Source of the DNA: Salpingoeca rosetta
Lineage: Eukaryota > Protista > Choanoflagellata
Assembly (NCBI GenBank): GCA_033442325.1
Contig: JAWQFM010000013.1
Span: 1,647,160-1,711,159 of the forward strand
Length of the DNA: 64,000 nucleotides
Direction: 5' to 3'
Part shown: positions 43,747 to 61,854 of the stretch, in pieces
Layout of the letters: each line of letters begins with the position of its first letter
Numbering within the stretch: position 1 is the first letter of the stretch
The notes under the pieces: generated by a model
Databases searched by the model: none
The model's input: only the letters and a program-made list of their open reading frames with translations
Told to the model about the DNA's origin: nothing
Translations under genes and position numbers: made by a program

Positions 43747-46590
43747 ATGGACGAGATTGACGCGCGTGGTGTGTCGGCGGGGTTCCTGCGCCGGTTCCTG
43801 GAGGAGGTCAAGGCAAGTGACCCAGAGCATTATGCAGCATTGACCACGAAGGACGTGTGCGACAAGATTGTGGTGCCGCACACGAGCGATGAGCGTGCGA
43901 TCGAAGATGTGGGGCACGCGTGCGCGTACGTGGATTTGCTGGCAGCACGCACGCCGCAGGACGTGGCGGCAGCAACCGTGTTTGTCTCGCACGCGTGGCG
44001 CTACAAGCTTGTGGATGTGCTCACCACACTGCTCGAGTTTGCTGACGAAAACAACAGCGAAGAAGATTGCCCCGTCTTCTTTTGGTTTGATCTTTTTATC
44101 AACAACCAACATGAGGACGTCACTGCCAACCTTCCCCAAGAGTGGTGTGTGCGCGTGTGTGCTTTGTTTTGTGTATGTGTGTTTGTGTTTTTGCATGTGT
44201 GTGTGTGTGCGCGAGTTTGTTTACACTTGTACGTGTGCGTGTGTTTGGTTCAGACGTGTATTGTCACCGTGTTACATTGCCCGCCCGCCCAACACCCCCC
44301 CCCCGTCCCCATTCGCCTTCAGCAACGACCTCCTGCCCCCTCCTCGTGTTCTCTCTCACATACAACAACAACAACAACAACAAACAACATCTGCACCTGC
44401 GTGCAGGTGGAGCACGACATTCAAGGAGTCGATTGCACGGATCGGCAAGGTGGTGCTGGTGCTGACACCTTGGGACGACCCCGTGCCACTGACGCGGGCG
44501 TGGTGCCTGTGGGAAATCTTCTGCAGCATCAGCCACGGCGAGGACGTCACGCTCAGCATCCGCCTACCAACCACGCAGCGCGCCGCCCTGCGAGAGGCGC
44601 TGCTGGAGAGCCACGACGCCGTGACAGACACGCTCGTGCGCGTGCAGGCCGAGCGGGCAGAGGCGTGGAATCCAAAGGACAAGGAGATGATCTTCAAGGC
44701 GATTGAGGAGAGTGTCGGCTTTGGGCAGCTGAACCGTGCCGTGAAAGACCAGATGCGCAGCTGGTGCCTGCGGCAGGTGGTGCAGTTTGTGGAGGACATG
44801 GAGGCGCAGGGCCAGGACCGCACAGAGGCGTTCTCCTCGCTGGCATACCAGGCCGCAGTCGCCATGCGCCAGTTTGGCGACCACGCGCGCGCAGCCAACT
44901 TCCTCGGCAAGTGCCTGCGCATTGAGCTTGAGGTGCACGGTCCCCAGCACACCAACGTCGCCGTCACATACGGGCTTCTCGGCCTCCTGCACGAGGACCT
45001 GGGCAAGTACGACCGCGCCGTGCAGCTGCTCGAGTCGTCGCTGGCCATCCACGTCGACACGGCGGGGCCAGACCACCCGCACGCGGCGTCCGCATACAGC
45101 AACTTGGCCGGGGTGCTGAACAAGCTGGGCGAGTACGACCGCGCCGTCGACCTGTACCAGCACAGCCTCGCCATCAACCGCAGGGTGCACGGGGAGGAGC
45201 ACCCGGACACGGCAGGCACGTACAGCAACCTGGGCCTGGTGTACGACAACAAAGGCGACTACGACTGCGCCATTGAGTGCTACGAGCACAGCCTGCGCAT
45301 CAAGCGCGCCACGCTGGGCGCCAAGCACCCGTCGACGGCAACCACGCTGGGCAACCTCGGCCAGGTGTTCGAGGGCGCGGGCCAGTTTGACAGGGCCATT
45401 GAGCTGTACACACAGAGCCTGGACATCAAGCTGGAGACGTTGGGCGAGGACCACCCGTCGACGGCAACCGCGCTGTCCTCGCTCGGCAGCGCCTACGACA
45501 GCGCGGGGCAGCACGACCGCTCCGTGGAATGCTACACGCGCTGCCTGGAGGTGTCGCTGGAGGCGCTTGGGCCCATGCACCCGGACACGGCGCTGACGTA
45601 CGGCAGCCTTGGCAGCGTGTACCACAGCAAAGGCGACTACCCGCGCGCCCTGGAGTGCGGTGAGAAGTGCCTGGCCATCTTGCGCGACACGCTCGGGGAG
45701 CAGCACCCGACGACAGCAGCGGCCATGGAGAACCTGGGCCACCTGCACCACACGCTCGGCGACGCCAGCGCGGCAGCAGACCTGTTCCAGCAGTGCCTGC
45801 GGATTCGGCTGCAGGCGCTCGGGCCAAAGCACCCGTCCACGGGCACGGCGCACAAGAACCTGGGGCTGCTGCACCACGCGCGCGAGCAGCACCCGCTGGC
45901 CATTGCCAGCTACACGGAGTGTCTCGGCGTGTACAGGGAGGCGCTTGGCGAGAACCACCCGACCACGGCATCCGTGTACCGTTCGCTGGGGGACGTACAC
46001 GAGGACATGGAGGACTATGGCGCTGCGATTGAGTGCTTCGACAAGTGCCTGCGCATCTTGCTGGCCACGCTGGGCCGGAACCACACGTTTACCGCCGCTA
46101 CGTACGCGTGCTTGGGCCGCGCGCACCAGAGCAACAGCGAGCACGCGGCGGCGGTGGAGTGCATGGAGCAGGGGCTGGCCATCTGCTTGGAGACGGTGGG
46201 CGAGAAGCACCCAGCAACGGCGTCTGCGTACCACACCCTGGGGCGCGTGCATGATGACCAGGGCCGCCACGACCAGGCCATCGCGTGCTTCGAGAAGGAC
46301 CTGCAGATATCCATCGACACCCTTGGGGAGGACCACCCAGAGACAGCGACCACCTTGCATGCGCTTGCCTGTGTGTATGACAGCAAGGGCGACTATGCTC
46401 GCGCTGCCCACTATGCAGAACGGAGCCTGCAGATCAAACGCAGTGCATTTGGAGAGGAGCATCTCACCACGGTGTGTAGTTGAGGGAGGTAAAGAGGATG
46501 GGGAGGGGTTGGTTGGTTGTGCGCAGTGAGAAGGGTGGGGGGTTATTGTGTGTGTGTATGTGTGTGTATGTGTGTGCGTGCGTGTGTGTG

Positions 46591-46622
<32 letters not shown>

Positions 46623-48325
46623 CGTGTGTGTGTGCGTGTGTGTATGTGTGTCTTGGACGTCAGAAGCCACTGCTCATCCTGATCCTCTTGCCATTCACAT
46701 GCACACACACACGTATACACACACACACACGCACACACACGTATACACACGCAATTTGCCCCCGTGCAGAGCGCGTCGTACTGCCGGCTCGGGAAGATCT
46801 ACGACAGCCTCGGGCGGTATGAGGACGCGTTGGCGTGCCTGGAGAAGGACCTCAAGGCATCCCGCACCGTATTTGGTGATGATCACACGAACACCGCCGC
46901 CACGTTGCTTCGCATCGGTCGGGTGTGCACGCACACGGGAGACTACGACCGTGCCACGTCGTGCCTGCAGCAAAACCTGGCCATTTGCCTCAAGGAGCGG
47001 GGAAACCACCACGCCGATACAGCGGAGGCGTACCTTCGTCTTGGCGAGGCGCAGCACGGCCGCGGTGACCTGGACGATGCCCTCAGCACCCTGACCAGCG
47101 CGCTGGAGGCCTGCCAGGACAAGACGAAGAAGGGTGGTGAGGATGACGAGGGTGGTGAGATGAAGGGTTGCGATGAAGGTAAAGATGGTGATAAGAAGCG
47201 TGGCAGTGAGGGCGGTGAGGGTGGTGAAGGTGGTGAGGGTGAGGATAACAGCAGCGACAAGGGGAAGGGCGAGGAGGAAGATGGGCACAGCAGCAGCAGC
47301 AGCGGTGAAGAAGACGAAGCCACAACAGCGGCCAACAATGGGTATGCAGACGATGGGCAGCGACAACTCGTTGCATCGGTGCACAATGCCCTGGGTGCTC
47401 TCCACCATCGCATGGGCGACTTGGACGCGGCACTGGAGCACCTGGAGACGGCCGAGCAGCTGTACGCGGGAGCGAGTAAGCCACAGCAGCCAGCACCCGC
47501 CGCTGTTGCTGAGGCGTGCGCCAACTTGGGCCGCCTGCACCTCGCGCTTGGAGATGCCGACCGCGCCCTCGACTACCACACGAGGGCGCTGCAGATGTGC
47601 GCCGAGGCGCTGCCTGAAGGACATCCCTCCATTGCTCCCGTGCACAGCGGGCTGGCTCAGGTGCACCATCATCGGAGCGACCCCGCGCCGGCCGCTGAAC
47701 ACGAACAGCAAGCGGTGGCCATTCTCACCGCCGCGTTTGGGCCAGATCATGCGCGCACCAAGGCGGCGCAAGTGCAAGTGCAACACGCCGACACAGACGA
47801 CAAGCACAGCGTGCGTGTGTGTGTGCGTGTGTGCGTGCGTGTGTGTGTGCGTGTGTGTGTGTGTGTGTGTGGAGTGTGTGTGTGTGCATTCTGTTGCCGC
47901 TGCTGCTACTTGTTGCTTGTGCGCAGCGTGTGTTGTTTGCTCGTGCAACTCACATGGTTTGGTTCCTCTCACACGCACGCACATACACACACACACACAT
48001 TACGTAGGGTGCTGCCTTGGACCCGAGTGTACACGCGAGGATGACCGGCTGGCTGCGGAAGCGCGGGCAGTGGAACAAGGCGTTTCGTGCGCGCCATTTT
48101 TGGCTCACGGACGCGGCGCTTGTGTATGGGACGAGCGAGGAAGCCAGCAGCGAGCGGGGACGAATTCACCTGCAGCACATGCAAGCATTGACGCTGAACG
48201 ATGACGGATTGCGACTGCGCGTGCAAGTGCCAAATCGCACATTCGTTCTGCAATGCCACCCCAAGCTGTCGGCCCACTCACTCGAAGACTGGCACGCCGC
48301 TTTGTCACAGCAGATGCCTTCATGA
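43747..48325 (+). CDS. TIR/HET-like domain + about 18 kinesin-light-chain-type 42-aa TPRs + C-terminal PH domain. Exons 43747-44144, 44407-46471, 46770-47810, 48008-48325.
   Basis: N-domain motifs [42 protein letters not shown]. TPRs recur with G-x-x-HP-x-TA-x-x-Y-x-NLG. Last exon [22 protein letters not shown]...LVY...RGRIHL...RTFVLQ...EDWHAAL is a PH domain. All three GT-AG junctions keep the frame. Confidence 0.85.
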
Positions 48326-48415
48326 GATGCGTCCGCGTTTGGTGTGGGTGCGTGTGCGTGTGTGTTTGTGCTTGCGTGCGTGTACGTGCGTGTGTGCGTG
48401 TGTGCGTGTGCGTGC

Positions 48416-48475
<60 letters not shown>

Positions 48476-48832
48476 GTGTGTGCGTGTGTGCGTGTGTGTG
48501 TATGTGTGTGTGCGTGTGTGCGTGTGCGTGTGTGTGTGCGTGTGGGGTGTTTTTTAGGGCGACCACCCTGCGCGGGTTTGCGTGGTCTTTTATCGTGCAT
48601 GGCCCGACAGAAGTGTCGCGTAACGTGCAAGAAATCGTGTGCTATCAACTCAATATCACCACATCACCATATACAAGCAGAAGAGGAGGGCAAACGGCCG
48701 AAAGTAGGAAAGCGGGCATCTTGCACACACACATACACACACATACACGTACACGCACATACACACACACATACACACACATACACGTACACGCACATAC
48801 ACACCAAACACACACACTACACACGGTCGCGT

Positions 48833-50227
48833 TTACATGATCAGGCATTTGCGACAGCCGCTGCTTTCTCCTTCATCGTAGTAGTGCATGGCGCGTGCAA
48901 CCACTTCACCGTTGATGGTGAGCTCACGAATGCTGCGAAGGAGGTCTGGTACGTGGCTGGCAACCAAGCCAAGGTTGAAGTCGTACTTGCAGCGCACGCG
49001 CGGGAAGTTCCGCACAAGCGCAATGTTCTCATCAATGGGGTCATCGGTGGTGAACGTGAGGTCGTTGTTGTAGACGACACCCGTGGCGTCCTCCACCCCA
49101 AAGAAGAAGGTCTCCAGCAGCCTCACGGGGTCCTCCGTCGTGATGAGGCGCGGGTAGAAGGTGACCATCATGCCCCAGTAGAAGGGTTCGGCAATGGACG
49201 CCTGCACGAACGCCAGGTACTTCTCCTCGCTGTGCGTTGTGGATGGGGCGCTGACGTACTCAAACAGCACCGGGCTGAACAGCTTCTCCCCGCCATCGTA
49301 GAGGTTGCGAAGCGTGTTGACAATCTTGCTGCGAAAGTCCGCTGGCACGCGCGTGGAGTAGATGGGCTGCAGGCGCTGGAAGTCCTTGTACTTCTGCTTG
49401 TAGGTGGCGTAGATGTTGGCCACCTTGTCCGCGTCGGTGCTGTACGAGCACTGAATGCCGTGCTTCTCAAACGCAGCCAGGATGGTGTCTGCCGTGTCCA
49501 GCTCTTCAATTTCCGCCAGGTACTCTGGGGCCTGGGAGGCAAAGTCGAAGTAGTTGGCGGGCGTCTTGTCGCGGGCCGCGGACATCTCCTTGACCTCCTG
49601 CATCATGTTCAGCGGAGCGGCGCGCTCCCGCTGGTGCGCGCGGGTGTCGTAAGCCTCGCTCACGTCGTAGAACATGAGCAGGCGCAGCGTGCGCGCGATC
49701 AGCACTTCCACAATGCACCAGCCGCGGGAGAACTCCGAGCCGTCCCACAGGCACACGGTGTACGAGTGCTCGAGGATGGTGTGCAAGTTGCCCATGACCT
49801 GCTGAAACAGCCCTTCCTCCTCTGCAGAGCGCGGGTGCTGCGGCGCGCACGTCCAGTCGAACCAGACGTTGATGTCGTTGAGGTACGCGAAGATGTCTCT
49901 GATGCACTCCTCCGAGAGGCGGGCGGTGTCCAGGAAGGGCTCCAGCAAGGCCACCTCGTCCTTGGTGGGCGTCAAGATGTGCCGGAACAGGTCGTAACCC
50001 ATGCTGCGATCCTGCAGGTACTCCGGGTTGAACATCTTCCAAGGAGCAGAAATGGGGAAGGGAACCGGGGAAGTGGGGGTGGTGACTGGGGGGGGGGGTT
50101 CCGGGGATGAGGGTGTCAAAAGGTCAACGGGGGACTCGACACACGACATGTTACACTGTGCAAGTGTCTAAGTGTGTAGCAAAACGCAGCCACGGCGAGG
50201 GCGATACATACAAACAGATCGCCGCAC

Positions 50228-50290
<63 letters not shown>

Positions 50291-50426
50291 GGCAGGCAGA
50301 CAGACAGACAGACACACACAGACAGATACACAGACAGACACACACACACACAGACAGACAGACACAGACACATACACACAGACAGACACACACACAGACA
50401 CACACAGACAGACAGACAGACAGACA

Positions 50427-50459
<33 letters not shown>

Positions 50460-50706
50460 TGCCCATGCTTGTTTTCTCATCGTCAAGAAATTTGATGTTG
50501 ATGCAACGGTTGATGATGCGAAGGAGACAGCCAACAAACTGCTTGTAGTAGCGGCCGTCATCGGCCTGCTCCTTGCTGAGCCAGCGGTGCGACACAAACA
50601 GGTTCAGTGCGTACGGGTTGAACTCTTGCAAGTCCTTGCGGCAGTCCTGGAACTTGGGGAAGCACCCATACTTGAGCAAATCCACAGCCAAGATGCTAAA
50701 ACTCAT
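48833..50706 (-). CDS. TIR/HET-like domain protein with a C-terminal CaaX prenylation motif. Exons 50706-50458 and 50155-48833.
   Basis: LFVSHRWL (exon 1), then INVWFDWTCAPQ and EFSRGWCIVE (exon 2). The phase-0 AAG|gt...cag|TGT junction is in frame. Ends GCRKCLIM*. Confidence 0.8.
50233..50456. repeat. Intronic (GACA)n/(CA)n microsatellite
   Basis: Directly visible. Confidence 0.9.
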
Positions 50707-51034
50707 GACTGGTGAACGGAATGCTGGTGGGAGGGGGGAGAGACTTGGGACGTGACGGTGTGCTGGCTGGGGAACGTGGGAACGTGGGAAGGTGGGGGAG
50801 GGAGGAGGGAGGAAGAGGAGGGGGGGGGGGGAGAAAGCAAAATGGCAAAACGCGCGCTTGTGTGCGTGGCTAAAGGGAAAACAAGAAGGCAAGACGCGGA
50901 AACCGCAGAAGCGCAGAGGCGATTCTTGGGTTGAGATTTGGCAAATTGTCGTGCTTGCAGGCAGGGCGTGTCTTGCTTGTGTTTTGCTTGCGAAAAGAGG
51001 TGAAACGCTGTCTGGTGTGTTGTTCTTGTTGTAG

Positions 51035-51035
51035 G

Positions 51036-51095
<60 letters not shown>
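51035..51095. repeat. Intergenic (GTT)n microsatellite
   Basis: About 20 perfect units. Confidence 0.9.
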
Positions 51096-51096
<1 letters not shown>

Positions 51097-51349
51097 ATGC
51101 GTGCGTGTGTGTGTGTGCGCGTGCATGCGTGTGTGGTGGTGATCGTGGTGTTCTGGAAGTGTTTGAGAGCCTGGTTGGAGTACATACTGCCGTTGTTTCA
51201 TGTCAATAAAGTTGCACGCGGAAAGACAGAATCATCAACGACGACAGGAGGTGGAGAACGAGAAAGAAGAGATTCATTTGACCTTTTTGACCACACCTTT
51301 CTCTCTCTCACACACACACACACGCACACACACACACACACGCGCGCGC

Positions 51350-51402
<53 letters not shown>

Positions 51403-51491
51403 TTCTCTTACACGGCACACAATCACACGCATTCTCTTACACTCACACACACACATACACCCAACCTAACACCCCCCCCACTCCACTCCAA

Positions 51492-57791
<6,300 letters not shown>

Positions 57792-58388
57792 GGAGGGGAG
57801 GGGGCGTGAGGCAGGGACGGTGTGTTGTTGTCCGTTTCAGCGGGTTGCGTTAGCTCTGTCTTGCTTGCTTCTTGCTTGTCGATCTTTGCACGCAAAGTGG
57901 CGATTGTCGAAAGATTTTCATTGATGTTCTTCGAAGCAGCGCCTTGAAGCTCTTCCTTCTACCACCCCACAGCACTCCCACTTCCTTGCACGCCCCTCTG
58001 ATTGTCCTTCACCTTTTCTGGACGGGTGCTTGTCGTGGGAGTTATACAGTATGTACAGCAACAGAACAACGCACAATCAACGCACAACGCAACTTGAGGC
58101 CATGAAACGGAGCAGTGCTGCCGTGAAGTGGAGTCAGGTTGAGCTGAGTGACACGTTACAACATTGCATTACAAGACGACAAGAAAACAGGAGGCGCGAA
58201 GCGAGGAAAAGAGCAGAAACAGAGCCAGGTAAGTGGTACAATCATGTGTACGGCTCAGGCGCAAGAATAGCAGGAACAAGCACAAGGAGAAGGAAGAACA
58301 GAAGCGTCTATGGGTGAAGCAAATGGTGACGGATTGTGTTAAAACAACAAGAAGAGCAAAATAGACCTCAAGACGCTACTCTTTTGTT

Positions 58389-61177
58389 CTACACACTGCA
58401 CTTCTTCGCCTGCTGCACAAGCTTCATGGCGGGACCCATTGCCACACCGGAGGCCCGAAGCGTCTGCTTTGTCAAGTCACCCTCGTGCACGAGCCCAACA
58501 AGAACCTCCAGGCTATCGATACCGTGCTCCACCAACGCGGCTTCGACGTGCGGTAGCAGCGAGTGGCGGTTGAGCCATTCAATTAACTCGGGCTCAAATG
58601 CAGGTGGCGGTGCGAAAGGTGTCATGACGGTGGAGGACGAGGAAGACGACTGCACGGCAGACAAGTTAGAGGGCTGAGTGAGACACAGCACGCGTGCCAA
58701 GCGGAAGAGAGAAAGCGCACGCTTGCATATCTGCAGACATGCAAACAGACACACACAGACACAAACACAGACACAGACACACACATGCACACACACACAC
58801 AAAGCCATACCTGCGTGGAACGACGTGCAGTTGTTGGTGCCTGCGCTGCCTCGCTTCTCGCGGAGACGACGACCTGGCGCACCCTCTCTGCAATGTCGCG
58901 CAGCTGCGACGTACGGTCCACACCGGAATCCACCGCAATCACCGCATCAATGTCAAACAGAAACAGCACCACTTCACGCACGCTCTTGTGTTGCTGGGGT
59001 GGTGGGAGGTGCAGCACCTGAGAAAAGAACTGGTCCATCGCTGCTGCCGTCTTCTCACTCACAACATCCGGCAACTTCGTTGCCAGCCGCTTCAGGCGAT
59101 CAAACGAGTCGTACTCGCTCACCTCTGCCGTGCTCATACCATGGTGACTGCTGTCGTGCCATCCACTGCCGAGGAAGAGCGGAACGATGCGGCGGAGGTG
59201 GATCTGGTCCTGGTGCTGGCGAGCAAGCTGCTGCAGCTCCAGCATGGCCATCCACTCCAACAAGACGTTATCGCACGTGTCAGTGTGGCCGAGCGAGCGC
59301 ATCTGATGGATGGCACCCACGGAGACGACGGGGCAGGTGACAGTGCTGTTTTGCAGGGCTGTCACGCATGCGTGCTTGAAGTTGACGCCTGTCTCCAAGT
59401 TGTTGGCGTCCACAAAGGTCACCAGTCCGTGTTGCTCCAACTTTGGGTACAATGTCATCACCAAACCCCGGTTGCCGCGTTGCCTGTGACGTAGTGGTGA
59501 ATATCGAAATGAGAAAGGAAGAGAGAGGCAAGGAAAGACACCCAGTTCGCACCGCACACACACACACACGCACACACACACACATGTCCCACCTGTAGCT
59601 GATGAAGGCGTCGTACTTGCTCTGCTGACCCATAACTGGCAAGAGTGGCCCATACTTGGCGACCAGATCCCCTGGTGACAGCAGCTGTGAGCGGCCAACG
59701 CGAAGCGCTTTCTTGTTCATGTGGTGGGTGTGCACGTCCTCGAAGAACAGCAGCCTTGTGTCATTAAATGGCAGCAGCAACGTGGCCTTGAGCTCGGGGT
59801 AGCGCTGCGTGACAGCTGTGGTGATGGTGTCGTACAGCATGTGCACCAGCGTGCGAGGACGTGCAGTCATGACCTTAATCTTGATGCCACCGACAGCCGG
59901 CACGAGCTGCATCTCGATCTCAGCAGCATCCATGAAGATCACGGCGTCTGTGCGGCTCAACATGGGCGGTTCCGTTGCACCATGCTGCATGTGTGCCATC
60001 ACGCGTGCCAGAACCATCGTGAACAGCCCCTCTGGCAGGAAAGAGGCTTGCTGCGTGTCTGCAATCTTGACGCTTACACCCCTCTTGAACTCCCTCAGGC
60101 TGAAGGCGACGTAGGCTGTCTTCTCCTCAGATCCAACATACGGATTGGCCTGCTGTGCTGCTGCCGTGCTCAGCGTCACCGACGACGACGCCTGTTCATC
60201 CTCCAGCGTCATCGGCAGGATGGCTGGGACGAGGTATTGCTGCTGCTGTTGCTGTTGTTGCTGTTGAGGGCCGAACAGCAGCACCGTTGGTGCCGTGTAC
60301 TGGATACACAGCCCGTACTCCATCATGAGTTGGAGAAAGGGCTCAACCATGCCACCTTCCAAGTCCCTCCACAACACCTCAAGTAGACGGCGATGCAGGA
60401 TGCCACGGTCAATGAGGTCGTCCCATAGCTGTGCGCCAACGGCCCTCGCCTCGCTATCCCGCACGTCGTGATGCAGGTCAAAGTTACGGATGACGCGCGT
60501 CATCATGTCCACCGCCCACTGCGGGCTCAGGATCACATAGTCCTCCATGCCTGGCACACTGTCGTAGAACAGCACCATTGAGTACAAGTGCAGGAACTGC
60601 AGGCAGGCTCTCGTCTCCTGGCGTGTGCGCAGCCCACAGGTGCGTGCAATCTCCACCACCTCGTCAAACGTGAGCAGCGGGCGCTTCTCGTTGCGGGCAA
60701 TGGCGTGGAGTTTGTCGTAGAGGTGGAGGTACGGCACCGCCACCTCCTGGCTCACGTACTCCTGCGCCAGTGCTGTGGAGGAGATGGTCTGGCGCAGGTC
60801 CTGGATCATGGGGTCATTGATGGACTTGGTGTTGTCGACGGGCCAGAACCACAGACCATGCTTGTCGTTGTGGACGACGCCAGGGAAGGCCGGGTTGTGG
60901 CGAAGGCGGCTGTAAATGTCGCGCGAGATGTTCTCGTGCTGCTTACGCTTGCTGACCACATCAGCAAAGGTGCCGACGATGAGGACGGGTGCACCCTTGG
61001 CGTGGAGGTGGAGGGAGGAGAGCCAGTGCTCCATAAACTCCCACGCCTCAGCTCGCTTGCTGGCATCTTGGTGCAGCAAGTCCTCCATCGAGAACACCAG
61101 CAGGTACACCGCGTACCTGGTGTGGGTTGCATGTGTGGTGAGGGTGGAATATATTGGGGTGAGTGAGTGAGGAGGCC

Positions 61178-61249
<72 letters not shown>

Positions 61250-61801
61250 GACCCACTTTGTGAGGAAGAAAGGGTGGAAGATGTAGAAGGTGGACTGGCC
61301 GCCCAAGTCAAACACCTTGAACGTGACCCTGGCTTTGCCCTCGCCAATGACGGCGTCCACGTTGAACTCCTTGATCGCTTTCTCCATTTCCTCCGCAGAC
61401 ATGCCGGTTGTGGCGGTGTTGTTGTGATTGCGGGCAGCAGCATCACTTTGGCTCGAAGAGTCCAGGGTGGCCTGCTTCTTGGATGCAGATGCTGAGTCAT
61501 GAGATGCCTTGGTGGGTTTGGGGACGGTCGATGGCGACGTGTGTGAGGATGGACGTGGCCGCGTCTCCTTTGCATTCTGTAACTGCTTCTGCTTCAGCTT
61601 GGCAGCTGTTGCTTTCGGTGTCTTATCAGATTCCTGCTGCCGTTGTTGCTGTTGGTGTTGGGTGATGCGGCTCTTCAGGTCCGCCTTTGCCTTCATCATC
61701 GCCTGCTTCATCTGCAAGTCCACGCCCGATTCCTGCGCCAGCGCCGTGCCGCAGAGGCTGCGCATCAACTCCGAGATCTCCGCATCCAGCTCCTGCAAAG
61801 G

Positions 61802-61854
<53 letters not shown>

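Noticed and set aside
44564-46750. Long antisense ORFs (728 aa here; also 48344-50110, 28300-30204, 12821-13810, 53423-55096)
   Set aside because: Shadows of GC3-rich coding exons on the opposite strand, with no recognisable motifs.
57872-58317. Short plus-strand ORFs between the two Roco genes
   Set aside because: No motifs or typical codon bias. Likely UTR or promoter sequence.
58389-58410. KKCSV* at the end of the Roco-TIR-SAM protein as a CaaX box
   Set aside because: Only two residues follow the Cys, so it is not a canonical CaaX. Not supported without data.
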